Positions 12,527 to 33,588 of a stretch of DNA of 39,579 nt are shown piece after piece. Within the stretch, counting starts at the first letter, position 1. Every line of letters begins with the position of its first letter. A program made the translations under genes and the position numbers. Origin of the DNA: Reclinomonas americana ATCC 50394 (Eukaryota); assembly GCA_048213135.1 (NCBI GenBank), contig PS015153.1:18962-58540 (forward strand). Reading direction: 5' to 3'. The notes beneath the pieces are model-generated. The model was given only the letters and a program-made list of their open reading frames with translations. It made no database searches and had not been told where the DNA came from.

Positions 12527-13524
12527 CTACTGTGGAGTCAGCAGCTTGTATGTCTTGGCCCACTGCAACGGCGATGTGAGCAGAGAAGTGCGCGTGCCTT
12601 AAAAATTCGCTGCTAAGTACCTGTCCGCGCAGGAAGCCTGTCGTGCACCACAGCCGGCAGAGCGCCTCCAAAGCACGTCCCGACTCGGCAAAGCCGGCGT
12701 CTTCGGCCACATAGCCGCCCTGCCGTTGCGCAGAAGTGAGTGGCCTCGGTTTCGTGCATATCGATATCGAAATCGTTGATATCGATCTCACTTACCGCCT
12801 TGACGAGCTCTGCCACCACCTCCTTGGCACCGGCATCGTTTCCAGCAATGAACATGGTGGCAGGGCCACCGGGGAAAGCATTGCCCTTGTCAAACATGCC
12901 GGCGCCCACCGTGTTGAAGGCCTTGACGAAGCGAATGCGCGGGTACGTCTCCTGCAGCACCTCCAGCAGGCTCTTGTTGATGTCAGTGAAGTAGTTGAAG
13001 ACGCCGTTCTCGAGTGGAGCGTCCGCAATCGGATTAGTCTGCGTGCGTCGCGAGAAAGGCAGTGAGCCGGCGAAGCATCGATGCATCGGCACTCAACACT
13101 CAACAGCATCAATGACAATCTTGTCGCCAATCAGCTCGGCCAGAGGCTCCACAGCAGCAACTGCAGCCGTGCCCTTCACAGCCAGCAGGATCACATCAGC
13201 CGACTGCACAGCGTCGGCATTGGTGGCCGCCTTGATGCCAATCGAGGAGGCAAAGTCGGCCAATTTCTCCGGTTCGCGACTGTGGGTGCAGCAGCAGAGC
13301 GCCGATCGTTATTTTCTGTGCACGTACATCGCGTTGTGTGTGTGTGTGCGTGTACCTGGCAATGGTCACGTCATAGCCACCGCTCTTGAAGACGGAAGCG
13401 AGGGCCTGCAGGTGCAGCACTGTTAGCGCGCGTGCAGAGAGCGCAAGAGTGCGCGCGACAGACATGCCTTGGCCACATCACCAGAGCCGATGACGGCGAG
13501 GCTCTTGACAGCAGAAGCAGACAT
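12527..13524 (-). CDS. NADP-binding oxidoreductase, F420_oxidored (predicted dinucleotide-binding) family, bacterial-like
   Basis: Spliced product: MSASAVKSLAVIGSGDVAKALA...ADVILLAVKG...IVIDATNPIADAP...SLLEVLQ...FVKAFNTVG...TMFIAGNDAGAKEVV...EDAG...RALEALCRLWCTTGFLRGQWAKTYKLLTPQ*. Rossmann GxGxxA plus the IDxTNP and VKAFN motifs of this family; 5 introns. Confidence 0.88.
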
Positions 13525-13785
13525 GGGGTCAGTGTGTGTAAAAAAGGAGATCCGGAGGTGATGAGCTTCGCTCAAGAGACAACAATGATGCAAAGATGCT
13601 ATTTTGTCTTTCTCTCAGGTCGCCCTCTCTCGGAGGTTGGCTCCGAACTTGCGAGCAGTGTACATGTTCTCTCTTATGACCCCGTACGACTGTTGCGAGC
13701 TGCCCGATAAGCAGTTGGCCATGCATGGTCGGCAAAAGGGGTAGAATTACAAGGACGTGCTCGTTTACCAACAGCCAAGATGCTA

Positions 13786-16371
13786 CACAGCCAGGACCAT
13801 AGTGAGCCGTCCGGCACCGTATTTGCTGGGCTTTCCTTCCACTTCACCGTCCGGTGCCGTATGAGTTGGGGAAGACGGTTTACCGTTGTACCTTTGTCCA
13901 TGCGGTGTCGGTACGGTGAAGGGCAAAGCTCGAAGAGAACCGGCGCCGGACAGTTCGGCTATCGCCAGCGATTCCGATGCCGTCCGGTTACTCACCGCCA
14001 CCTGAGTCTCCGTACGGCACCGTGACCATTCTTCTGCGCCGCCGGACGGTGCCGTCCGGTTACTCACCACCTCCACGAGTCTCCGAACGGCACCGTCTCT
14101 GACATCCTGCATCACCGAACAGTGTCGCGAGAATGCATGAATGGCATCCCCACGCATTGATCACGCATCACGCACTCGAGCCCAGCCATGCACGTGAGCA
14201 TTGCGAGACCACGACCATTGTCGCTTCGTGATCACTCGCCAGCGCAGCGGCCAGCGGCCAGCGTGCCATCTTCTGCATGTGCGCTGCAATGATGTGGTGC
14301 TTGTGTTGATGCATCTCTCGCGCCACAGTCGAATCCACTGTCGACATGGACGAGCGGTTGGCGTGCTCTTTGCCACAGTGTTGTGGCTGGCTGCTGCAAC
14401 AGTGCAGCACTGCCACTGTTTCTTTGCGAGTGAGCATTCTGACATTCCAGTGTGATCAACCAACACGACTTGTCTCTCTTGTTCGCTTGCATGTGCGCGC
14501 AGAAGTCGCTCTCCGTGTGTCAAGTGCACAGAGTTGATCCGTGTGCTGTCCCTCTCTGACCATGTTCACTACTCACGCTGCTTGAGCCTCTGCCGTCTTG
14601 GCGTGGCAAGTGAGTATTTTTTGTTGTTTGAGCATTTTTCCGCTGTGCTTCCTTGCTCACCCTTGTTCATGCCTGCGCATCCTTGCGTCGAGACAGGCTT
14701 CTCCAGAGCACACTCAGTGATGCATGTGAGAGTTGCTCACTGCTGATGCGCGTGTGCCTTGCCACGTTGTTCCCATCGTGTGAGTGATGACTTGTTTGTT
14801 TGAGCATTTTTCCGAGCATGTCACTCACCGAAGAGGCCGTCGTCTGTAGCAACACAGTGAACCACTCTGCACCTTGGCACTCTGCACCCTTGGTGCGTGC
14901 CTTGCTACCTGCGAGCTCGTGATAACGCACATCATCCATGATCTCTTTGAGGTTTGGCTGTTGTGGTGTCCTCACACACACTTCTCATCTCATTTGAGCA
15001 CTCTAACCTATTGCGCCATCTGTTCTCTCTCTCGTCGAGCAGCTTTGGCACCAATGCTGCAATGCTCTATATGCAGCGATCGGTGTGACTGAGCCTGTTT
15101 CCAGGAGCCCTCATTGTATCTGGCCCGTCACCTTCACTGCAGCGTCGTCTTCGTTGTTACATGTTAACACCGTTGCACTGCCACTCGTGTCGTCGGTATC
15201 CATGAGTAGTGCGTGCTCCCGGCGACTGCGGTGTGCAACAGTGCGCCGTGGTGTGCTATTTTGTGACAGACATGTCTCCTGGTGCTTTCTCCGTTCTCGA
15301 CGAGGTGAGCAAAAAGCTGTGCAAGTGCCATGTGCTTCATGATCACGGTTGGTTGACACTGTATCGCAGCGGCTTCTTGCTCAACCGAGCAACAGCATTG
15401 ACGATGGTGCATTCGAAGGAACCAAGTGGCACACATAGTACATTCGGTTTGATGGTGAGTCTCACTCTCTCTCCTCGCAGTCCTCCTGCTGACTTGATGC
15501 ACAGATGCATTGTGAGACACTGCGCGCTGTACGAACTGCACGTTCTCATGCGACGTTCGCCGTGCAGATACTCGCTCATCTTCGTGGAGGCTCAGTGGAG
15601 TTCGTTCACGGCAATGTGTTTCACTTGACTGCATCGCTGCCGAATGACGGGTGCATGCGTCTCCCCGCTTGACGTTGGATCGGCTGTTTACGATCGTGCC
15701 CAGACTTGCTTGTGGAACGCTTGTGACGCTGGATGGCTCTTTGCCGGTGCTGCTGCCGAGCTGTTACAAGGAGGAGGTCGACCTCGTCTGGTGACGGTGA
15801 TGCGGAGGTGCTGGATCCTTCTGGAGTGGAGCTGGATTGTGCTGGCAGTTCGTGTGCCACCGATTGCTGGGCGATGGATGCTTCTCGTGATTGGGGGCAC
15901 TTCTGGGTCAACGCTATGCGGAGGGCTTCACGAGTTTCCGACTCTGGCTTTTTTCTTTGTTTTTTTCTATAATAGAGCATTTTGTATGAGTATGAGTGAA
16001 TCCATTGCCTGTTGTAGATGGTGGGTGGTGGGGCGAGGGAGTGCATGCAAAGCGGAGCGGGGGCGGGGGGCGGGGGCGGGGCAGCCGCGGCTAAAAATGG
16101 GCACCGTGCCGGCACCGGACGACGCCGGATGAGCTTTATTCTGCAGAACTGGTGAGTTTTTTTCTCCTTTTTTGTCGATCGCCGGGAGGAATTAGGGATA
16201 ATCTAAGTGTAAGATCGGTGCCGTTCGGCGTCGGGACGGTACCGTGGACGGCACCGTATTCATTGGTTGCATGTAAGGGTTCACTAAGGGAGGGTTTTCA
16301 CCGGACGGTGCCGAACGGCACCGTTGCCGAATTGATACGGTGCCGTACGACACGGGACAGTCCTGGCTGTG
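13786..16371. mobile_element. TIR DNA transposon (~2.6 kb) with TA target-site duplication, apparently degenerate or non-autonomous
   Basis: Left end TA|CACAGCCAGGACcatagtgagccgtccggcaccgtat; reverse complement of right end TA|CACAGCCAGGACtgtcccgtgtcgtacggcaccgtat. Both ends carry dense subterminal CGG(C/T)(A/G)CCG repeats. The joined flanks resemble the uninterrupted sequence at 13593-13628. Confidence 0.85.
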
Positions 16372-16544
16372 TACTTGTCTTTCTTCAGGTCGCCCTCTGG
16401 AGGCTGTACAGGGGATATGGCATCCCTGCAAACACCCGCACCGCATTCCCCTCTTCCCGTTGGTTGTTTGCAGGGTTGCTGTAACAGAAGAACCCGACAG
16501 CTTCATGATAACTCCATTAATATTGACAGACGCACAATGTCGGT

Positions 16545-16574
16545 GTGTTTGTATTGTTTGTTTGTTTGTTTGTT

Positions 16575-16654
<80 letters not shown>

Positions 16655-16668
16655 GTCGTCGTCGTCGT
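16545..16668. repeat. (GTTT)n-(GT)n-(GTC)n microsatellite running into a gap
   Basis: Seen directly. Confidence 0.9.
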
Positions 16669-16835
16669 NNNNNNNNNNNNNNNNNNNNNNNNNNNNNNNN
16701 NNNNNNNNNNNNNNNNNNNNNNNNNNNNNNNNNNNNNNNNNNNNNNNNNNNNNNNNNNNNNNNNNNNNNNNNNNNNNNNNNNNNNNNNNNNNNNNNNNNN
16801 NNNNNNNNNNNNNNNNNNNNNNNNNNNNNNNNNNN

Positions 16836-16895
16836 TGTGTGTGTGTGTTCGCTCTCGGAGCTTCGAACAATTCCTTGTCGAGAACTGCGATCTTC
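16836..16895 (+). repeat. Interspersed repeat, copy B (3' part)
   Basis: (tg)n ttcgctctcggagcttcgaacaa...gtcgagaactgcgatc matches the end of copy A. Confidence 0.65.
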
Positions 16896-17366
16896 GAATT
16901 CACTACACACCTGCAACAGTGCATTTAGTGCATTTGGCGCATTTGCTCGGATGCGCAGCGTTTTCTGCGATCATACACGGTACATCCACGGGAAACGACA
17001 AATTCGACGCAAGAGAGCAGTGGAGAGAAGGCGTAAATGTGATAATCCGATGAGCAACGCAATCGCAGAAGAGTCAACACGTGGATCAATTGAGAGAAAC
17101 GAGAGACATCCGAGACAGCCCGCCACACAACGGTCTCCATCTGTAGTAGATGGAGCTCGCCCAAAGCCCCCTCAGATCACCAACCCCTCCACCCTTATGC
17201 CGACGACGGCGTTCAACATTGAAATCCTTGACCATCCTCCACTCATTACCCGCTCATCTTTTCCCTCAGCATAGCACTTCACCCTTCCCCCTTTCCCCTT
17301 CCCCCTTCCCCCCTTCTCCACACTTCCCCCTTCCCCTTCCACCCTTTCCCTTTCCCTCTCTTTCCT

Positions 17367-18930
17367 TCACTCCCCCTCCACCAACCTCTCCTCTAACACC
17401 TCCGCACACAACCGCAACCTCGCCAACCTACTATTCTCATACACCACCCACAACGCCGCCACCACACATTCCACATTCGCCAGGGTCGCCTCCGACAACT
17501 CCGCCTCACGCTCCACCATCTCGTCCTCCAACGCCATGGCCACGGTCGACAACTGCAGCAACTCCATGCGCAGCACCTGCACCGGCACGCAGTGCGACAC
17601 AGAGTCGATCTCGTAGGCCACGCCGAATCTGGCCAGCGTCGACGACGCCGCTACCTCCTCCTCGTCCTCCTCCTCCCCATCCCGCCTTGCTGGCTGCAGC
17701 ATCACGTGCGACAAGCGCGGACAATCGGTGTGCGGCAGCAGCACGGCGGCCGAGCCACGACGCGGACGCAAAACGAATCGCCCATAGTGGTTCGTGTGGC
17801 CCACCACATCGGCCGTGAACTGCGCCGTGTGCGTGAAGCAGCGGATCGTGCTGTGGCTAAGCATCTGCGCCTGCACCAGAGTGCACTCCACCTGCACGTG
17901 CAAACGGAGGGCGCGATCCGGCGGCTTGCGCTCCCACGACTCGCACACGACCGTGCCGGGCGCCACCATGTGCGGCGACAGCCGACTGCACTGCACCACC
18001 ACCAGCTCGTTGGCCTCGGCGAAATCCTCCACCGCGCGCCCACAATGCAACGAGTACAGGCTGCTGATCTGCACGTCGACATTGCTCGGCGTCAGCATGT
18101 ACGTGCGTCCACGCACCATTTGCCCGGCCACGACCAGGCACACCAGCCACGTGACGCCCAGGCCCAGTTGCTGCTGCTGCGACTGCGCCACGGCATATAC
18201 GCACGCACGCAGTGGCTGCTCATGCTCCTCTTCTCCTCCTCCCACCTGCAGCTGTCGTCGTGCCAACACCGGCGTCCACTCCAACGCCGCCAGCAACGCC
18301 TGCCGCTCGTCGGCCCACACCAACGCCGTCTGCCGGAACCCGAACCGTTGCAGCGCACGAAACAGGTCACTAAAGTCGACCGCGGACTCCACCGCCGGTC
18401 GTCGCGAACCACCACCGCTGTCACCAATCGCAAAGACCACACTGGTGCAGCCAAAGCCGGCGGCCTCGCGTAACATGCGGATCAGCTCGTCGTTGGTGGA
18501 GACGCTGTGGCGGTGCTCCCAGCTCACAGGCACCAGCAGCACGTTGGCGAGGAAGCAAAAGAGGCGTCGCATCTGGGCGTCGTCGGGACGAGTTATAAAG
18601 AGCGCTGTGCGAGAGTGTGGAAGGCGTTGTGGTACGGCCCAGGCGGGAAGCTCGCGGGTGATGGTGCTGGCATCGTCCTCTGCTTCTGCTTCTTCTTCTG
18701 CTTGTGGTGCGAGGAGGAGGAGGGAGCGGATGCGGTCGATGAGTGCGGACGCGAGAGGGTCGGCGGTGGGAGGAGGCGTGAGGATGGTGATGGTGAGGGG
18801 AGGGCAGGAGGAGGTGGAGGTGGAGGAGGTGTCGATGGGCTGTGTGTGGAGAAGGGGAAATGAGAGAGGGGAGAGGGGGAGGGGAAGAGAGAAGGCGGTG
18901 CGTGTGAACCTTTCTCGATGTGTTTCCCAT
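17367..18930 (-). CDS. Uncharacterised protein of about 497 aa, 2 exons
   Basis: Exon 1 18930-18910 (MGNTSRK), GT-AG intron 18909-18840, exon 2 18839-17367 open for 491 codons with GC-rich codon usage. No family recognised. Confidence 0.7.
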
Positions 18931-19228
18931 TTTTGGTTTTTCCGCGTGTCGCGGGACGTTTTTAGTTGCACGCAGTGCGACAGCGGATGCATTGAGGGGT
19001 TCTTGTTACAGTGCACTGCTGCCCTCGGAAACAGCGAGAGCGAGAGCGAGATGGAATTCGTGATTAAATTTAAACTTCGACGTCGACGTTGCGGTATTCG
19101 ATGTCGATTCCTCCCGTCCATCATGCGTACACCAAGCTGTCGCGATGGTAGTGCAGGGTTCACAAGCTTCTGTTGAGCAGGAGACACACCGGAATTCGGT
19201 GGACTTCCGCGGCTGCAACTCGATGATC

Positions 19229-20202
19229 AACGTCGACAGCTTGCAAGATCGCTTCTCTTGCTCGTATAGCGGCGCCCATAGTTCGGAAACCACGTCTACA
19301 AGCGGGTCCGGTAGCTTCCACTCCTCACAGCCTTGCCTGTCCGTCTCTCCCCCACCTGTCCCACCAATCAACCTTTGAATGTCCACCGGGAGCGGTCACA
19401 GTGCGCCGATCTACGTGCCTCCCCACGCTCCTCTCCTCAATCGCTCATCCTCCTCTCCAGTTGCCCGCCACAGCAGCAAAGGCGATCGCGTTCGGAGAGA
19501 CGAATTCGAATTCGAAATACGACGTCGACAGCTTGCAAGATCGCTTCTCTTGCTCGTATAGCGACGCCCACAGTTCGGAAACTGCTTCTACGAGCGGGTC
19601 CGGACGCTTCCTCTCCTCACAGCCTTGCCTGTCCGTCTCTCCCCCACCTGTCCCACCAATCAACCTTTTGAATGTCCACCGGGAGCGGTCACAGTGCGCC
19701 GATCTACGTGCCTCCCCACGCTCCTCTCATCAATCGCTCATCCTCCTCTCCAGTTGCCCGCCTCGGCAGCACAGGCGCTGCGATCGCGATCGGAGAGACA
19801 AATTCGAAATACGACGTTGACAGCTTTCATCTTCCTCGCTCGTACAACGGAACTCGGAGTTCGGAAACCACGCCTACGAGCGGGTCCAGAAGGTTAACAC
19901 TCCCTCTGTCTTGCATGTCTGGTCTCTTTCCATCGGAAAGACGAATTCGAACTACGACGTCGACAGCTTGCAAGATCGCTTCTCTTGTTCGTATAGCGAC
20001 GCCCACAGTTCGGAAACTGCTTCTACAAGCGGGTCCGGAAGCTTCCTCTCCTCCACACCTCGCGCATATCTTCCTGTCCGTCTCTCCCCACTTGTCCCAC
20101 CAATCAACCATTTGAATGTCCACCGGGAGTGGTCACAGTGCGCCGATCTACGTGCCCCCTCACGCTCCTCTCCTCAATCGCTCATCCTCCTCTCCAGTTG
20201 CC
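19229..20202 (+). repeat. Tandem duplications (~290-bp unit) of the GID8 upstream region and first codons
   Basis: Unit cgtcgacagcttgcaagatcgcttctcttg...atgtccaccgggag...ctcctctccagttgcc at about 19229, 19519 and 19955, plus a partial copy at about 19811. ORFs starting at 19379, 19672 and 20116 all begin MSTGSGHSAPIYVPPHAPL. Confidence 0.9.
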
Positions 20203-20457
20203 GCCGCCGCCGCCGCAGCAGCCGCCGCCGCCGCCGCCGCAAGTATGGCGGGAAATCGCGGAGGAGGAAGTGGAGGAGGAAGTCAACAGCAACAGGCTGC
20301 GCAGCAACAACAACCGCCACAGGCGCAGAGCAACAAGAGCATCTCCAGAGAGGCGTGGGAGCAGAGACTGGCGGAGGTGCACGTGGCAAGAGAGTTGCGT
20401 CTGTGTGTGTGTGAGAGGATTTTTGTGACTGTCTCTCTTTCTCTCTCACACACACAA

Positions 20458-20494
<37 letters not shown>

Positions 20495-22118
20495 CGACGA
20501 CGACGTCGCGTCGTACGTANNNNNNNNNNNNNNNNNNNNNNNNNNNNNNNNNNNNNNNNNNNNNNNNNNNNNNNNNNNNNNNNNNNNNNNNNNNNNNNNN
20601 NNNNNNNNNNNNNNNNNNNNNNNNNNNNNNNNNNNNNNNNNNNNNNNNNNNNNNNNNNNNNNNNNNNNNNNNNNNNNNNNNNNNNNNNNNNNNNNNNNNN
20701 NNNNNNNNNNNNNNNNNNNNNNNNNNNNNNNNNNNNNNNNNNNNNNNNNNNNNNNNNNNNNNNNNNNNNNNNNNNNNNNNNNNNNNNNNNNNNNNNNNNN
20801 NNNNNNNNNNNNNNNNNNNNNNNNNNNNNNNNNNNNNNNNNNNNNNNNNNNNNNNNNNNNNNNNNNNNTGGAAAGGAGAAGAGAGTGTGAGAGAGAGGAG
20901 CAAGATGGGAAGGCAGCTCAGTAAGACAAGCATTTTGTGCTGAGTGCAGTGACCATGGGGGCGCTGTCACCCTTCCGTCTTCACCCTCGTTCTCGCCCTT
21001 CTTCGTTTATATTTCCCATTCGTCCCATGTTCTACTTCTCTATCTCACCCTTCTCTTGCACCTCCTCATCTTTCTCCATTCCATTCCCAATTTTCCATGT
21101 TCTGCTTCTCCTTCTCACTCCTCTCACTTATTCCTGTCTCTCATCTCGTCATCCTTCCCCTCCTCACCCTTCTCCATTTCCGTTTCCAATTCTTTTCCAT
21201 GTTCTGCTTCTCCTTATCTCTCCCGCCCTGCTGCTTATCTTTTCCTCCTGCACTCGTTCCACGAATCTTGTTCTTTCCATTTATCGTTCTCACCCGTCTC
21301 CCGGTTACAACTCTCGCCATCTCACTTTGTCTCTTGTTCCCTCCCCGTCTTCACTCTTGTTCATTCCCTCTTTCCCCCTTTCACCCTTCCCCGTTCTCCT
21401 TCTCGTTCTCGCCCTTCTCCGTTTCCATTTCCCCTTCGTTCCGTGTTCTACTTCTCCTTCTCACTCGTCTCGCTCACCTTCTCTCTCTCATTCTTTCTCC
21501 TCCTCCTCATCTTGCTCCCCTTCCCGTCTTCCCCTCCTCACCCTTCCCCTCCTTCCCCTCTTCCCCTCCTCATCTTGCTCCCCTTTCCCCTTCCCCTCCT
21601 CACCCTTTCCCCTTATACCCCCTTTCCCCCTTCTCACCCTTCCCCACCTCCCCCCTCGCGCAGCCCCGCTTCGTGGAAGACGTGGAGCGCACAATGTCAC
21701 TCCTGGCCTTCGGACTCATGGCCCCGGCAGCTGGCGAGGGAGGTGCTGGTGCCGCTGGCTCCTCCGCCGGCCTCCCCGAGAGTCTGATTCCGCCCGAGTC
21801 GGCCTCACTGCTGGACATTACGCACCGACAGCAGGTCGGCGCCGCCCTCAACGCCGCCATTCTGCAGTCGCAGTCACATGATCAAAGTTGCGCCCATTAC
21901 CATCCTCTCTTTTGTCATAGCGTGCCTCACTCTCTCCTGCCCCCTTCTCCTCAGACGCCAAGCTGCCGATTCTGTTGAAAATCCTGGTGTGGGCACAGAA
22001 GCGACTCAGCGAACGCTACGAGTTCCCCGTCATGTCGAGCTTTGCGGGCACGGTGTTTTCTGGTGGCTCTGGTGGTTCGGCGTCGGCCGCGGCCGCCGCC
22101 AGTGGCAGTGGTCGTTGA
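20116..22118 (+). CDS. GID8: GID8/TWA1 homolog (CTLH/GID E3 ligase subunit); LisH-CTLH exons presumably in the N gap
   Basis: Exon 1 ends KSISREAWEQRLAEVHVARE, resembling the GID8 pre-LisH segment. Exons 21664-21886 and 21955-22118 give FVEDVERTMSLLAF...LLDITHRQQVGAALNAAIL...AKLPILLKILVWAQKRL...FPVM, resembling the GID8 CRA domain. Confidence 0.85.
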
Positions 22119-22249
22119 GGTGGCGATGTGGTGGTGGTGGTGGTGAAAAAACATGTAAAGCAATGTGAATGCATCAGAAAGGGGGAGAAGCACTTACGGG
22201 GGAGAAGCACCTACTTATGCATTAGCGATTACAATTACAACAACAACAT

Positions 22250-27789
<5,540 letters not shown>

Positions 27790-27862
27790 GTGTGTGAGTG
27801 AGAGTGAGTGGGGACAGAGGACAGTTCGGAGAGCGCGAGCCGTGTCTGTCCACGTACATGCG

Positions 27863-31159
<3,297 letters not shown>

Positions 31160-31176
31160 TGACTGCAGTTCACTGG

Positions 31177-33556
31177 TCACAATGCATCCCCCTCGCGCAT
31201 GATGTGCGCACACGCGAGCTGCTGCTCGCGCATGAGCCGGAAGCAGCGGTACTTGCGCCGGTGATACTCGGCAGTCTCCGACCGCGGTTCAATCGTGACG
31301 ACATGGCGGGGCGCCTGCGCGGCCATAATGCGGAACACGCGACGTGTGCATGCGTCAAAGTCGCGGGCCTGGCGCACGCGCAGTGAGGGGACACATTGAA
31401 TACACTCCTTGTAAAGATGACCTATCCTTGAAAACGCACATCTTCATCCTCTTCTGCAGCAGCCGCGGACATGGCCAGCATGGCCGCACCGAGGAGCATG
31501 ACCTCAGTGTGAGGCATCAGCAGCACCTGGCACTCGGTGGCGTTGGCCAGCTGCTCCACAAACAGCGGGTTCTTGGCGAGACTGCAAGCGAGATCTGTAA
31601 ATGAGAAGCGCATCGGAGGGGTGTGAAGAACGCGACAGACGTACCCGCCACACAGCACGATTTGAGAGGTGCGATATCCCACGCCCGACAGCGACTTGAA
31701 AATGTCGAGCAGTCCGTACGCCAGTGACTGGGTGAGGGCCAAGTAGTGCCGCGCGAGGTGCTCCTCGTCGGTCATCGGGTAGTGCAAGCCCATCCATGTG
31801 GCACTGCGGGTGGGAGGGAGGTGAGGAGGGAGAAGGGACTGTGGAAGGGAAAGGCGAGAGATCAGGAGGGAGAAGGAACAGAGGACTGTGGAAGAGAAAG
31901 GCGAGAGATCAGAGGAGGGGAAGGGATAGAGGGCTGTGGAAGAGAAAGGCGAGAGATCAGAGGAGGGGGAAGGAACAGAGGACTGTGGAAGAGAAAGGCG
32001 AGAGATGAGGAGGGAGAAAAGAGAGAAGATTGTGGAAGAGAAAGGCGAGAGATCAGAGTAGAGAAAAGGGAGAGAGGACTGGGGAAAAGAAAGGCGAAAG
32101 ATGCAGACAGACACACCAAGAAAGAAACAGGCAGGCAGACTGACGAATCCACGGACACACAAGATAAGGAAATGAGAGTCAGACACACAGGCAGCGTAAC
32201 GATGACAGAAAGCAATTGAATACAAATACCAGAGACGCTATAGCGACCACGCAACGACAGCGACGAGTCGGCATGCGGGCTGCGGTTCCCCAGAAAGTAT
32301 GGCAGCACGTGCATATCGCGAGTGAGTGTGTCTCGCTCGTGACCACCAGCGAGGCGATCCAGCACGGCAACAAGACGTGCCGCAGTCTCCACTTCGGAAC
32401 TCGAATCATGTAGCGCCGCTGCGGCCACTCGGAGAAACTCGCTGATGACGCATCCGGTAGCACTGTGCGCTTACAGATACGTTAGCGTGTGGAGTGCAAT
32501 GGCATGCAGCACAATGACGTGCCTTTCTCTGCACATAACATCGCCACTCATGAGAGGAGTCCAAGGGCGTGGAGAACAACACAAAAACGTACCCGCCCTC
32601 ATTCAAGAATACTGAGTGACCGGCTGAGGCGGGGAAGAGATGATAGGGGCCCCACACTCCGTGCACCTGTCGACCGTGGTCGCCCTTGGAGAGTGCCATG
32701 ACGCAGGTGCTCGTTCCACCAATGACGCAGATGCGCTGCGGTGGGGAAGGGGAGCAATCAGGAAATGCATGGGACATGAAACCCGAAAGAAGACTGAGCA
32801 TGTAACGAGGGAGAGGTGAAAGACAAGGAAGAATGACACGACAAGATGTGCTGTCACGGCCAAGCTCTCTTTCTAACGCCCCCTTTTGCTCATTGCTGTC
32901 ATGTCCATTCTCTCTTTCACCTTCCCCCGCTGACCCTCACCTCATCCATCACCGCAGCATCAATCTGTGAGCTCATACTTGAGCAAAACAGCATCCTCCA
33001 CCCAGGCAAATCTCTCGAGACAAACCTCGCCACCCTCATTCGGCTCCAGTCCCGCACAGAAACTCCCAAGAACACCCGCGTGCGCATCGATCATGCCTGC
33101 CGCCACTGCCACACCCGCACCCTCCCCCACGTCAATGCCAAACGCCGCAGCGCAGGCCGGTGACATGCGACCAACACGACTGCCGATGGGCCGAATCTCC
33201 GTGCCGATTTTCTCCAACCCCACCGGCTCCTCTACCCTCATGCGTCAGCACAACAATAGCAGGAGACATACAAAATGGCATCAGCTCACCAAACAGCTCC
33301 TGCAAACCGAGCTCCTTCCACACCGACGACTCCCAACCACGATCCACACCCTCGGTGCCGTACAACCACTTGCAGATGACCGTGCACAGTGACCTGCGGC
33401 AGAGCAAAACAAGCAATTCATTCACCAACAAGCAAGCAATAGCTATCTTGATGTTGAAGTCCGACCGTATCCAAAACATCAACGCAAACACCAGTCTTGA
33501 GGCAGCAGCGGGTTTCTCGTGTGCGTGCGTGCGTGCGTGTGTGCGTGCATGCGTGC

Positions 33557-33588
<32 letters not shown>

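Noticed and set aside
15209-15628. VTDMSPGAFSVLDEVSKKLCKCH resembling a MULE transposase D...CxxH motif
   Set aside because: Short isolated ORF with compressed spacing and no other catalytic residues; a TA TSD does not fit Mutator (about 9 bp). Not enough for a call.
17592-19176. Long + strand ORFs (293 and 460 aa)
   Set aside because: Antisense shadows of the GC-rich minus-strand exon.
18931-19187. N-terminal extension of the 606-aa ORF
   Set aside because: It reads through an intron and probable promoter sequence; a clean ATG, exon and GT-AG intron exist at 18930-18840.
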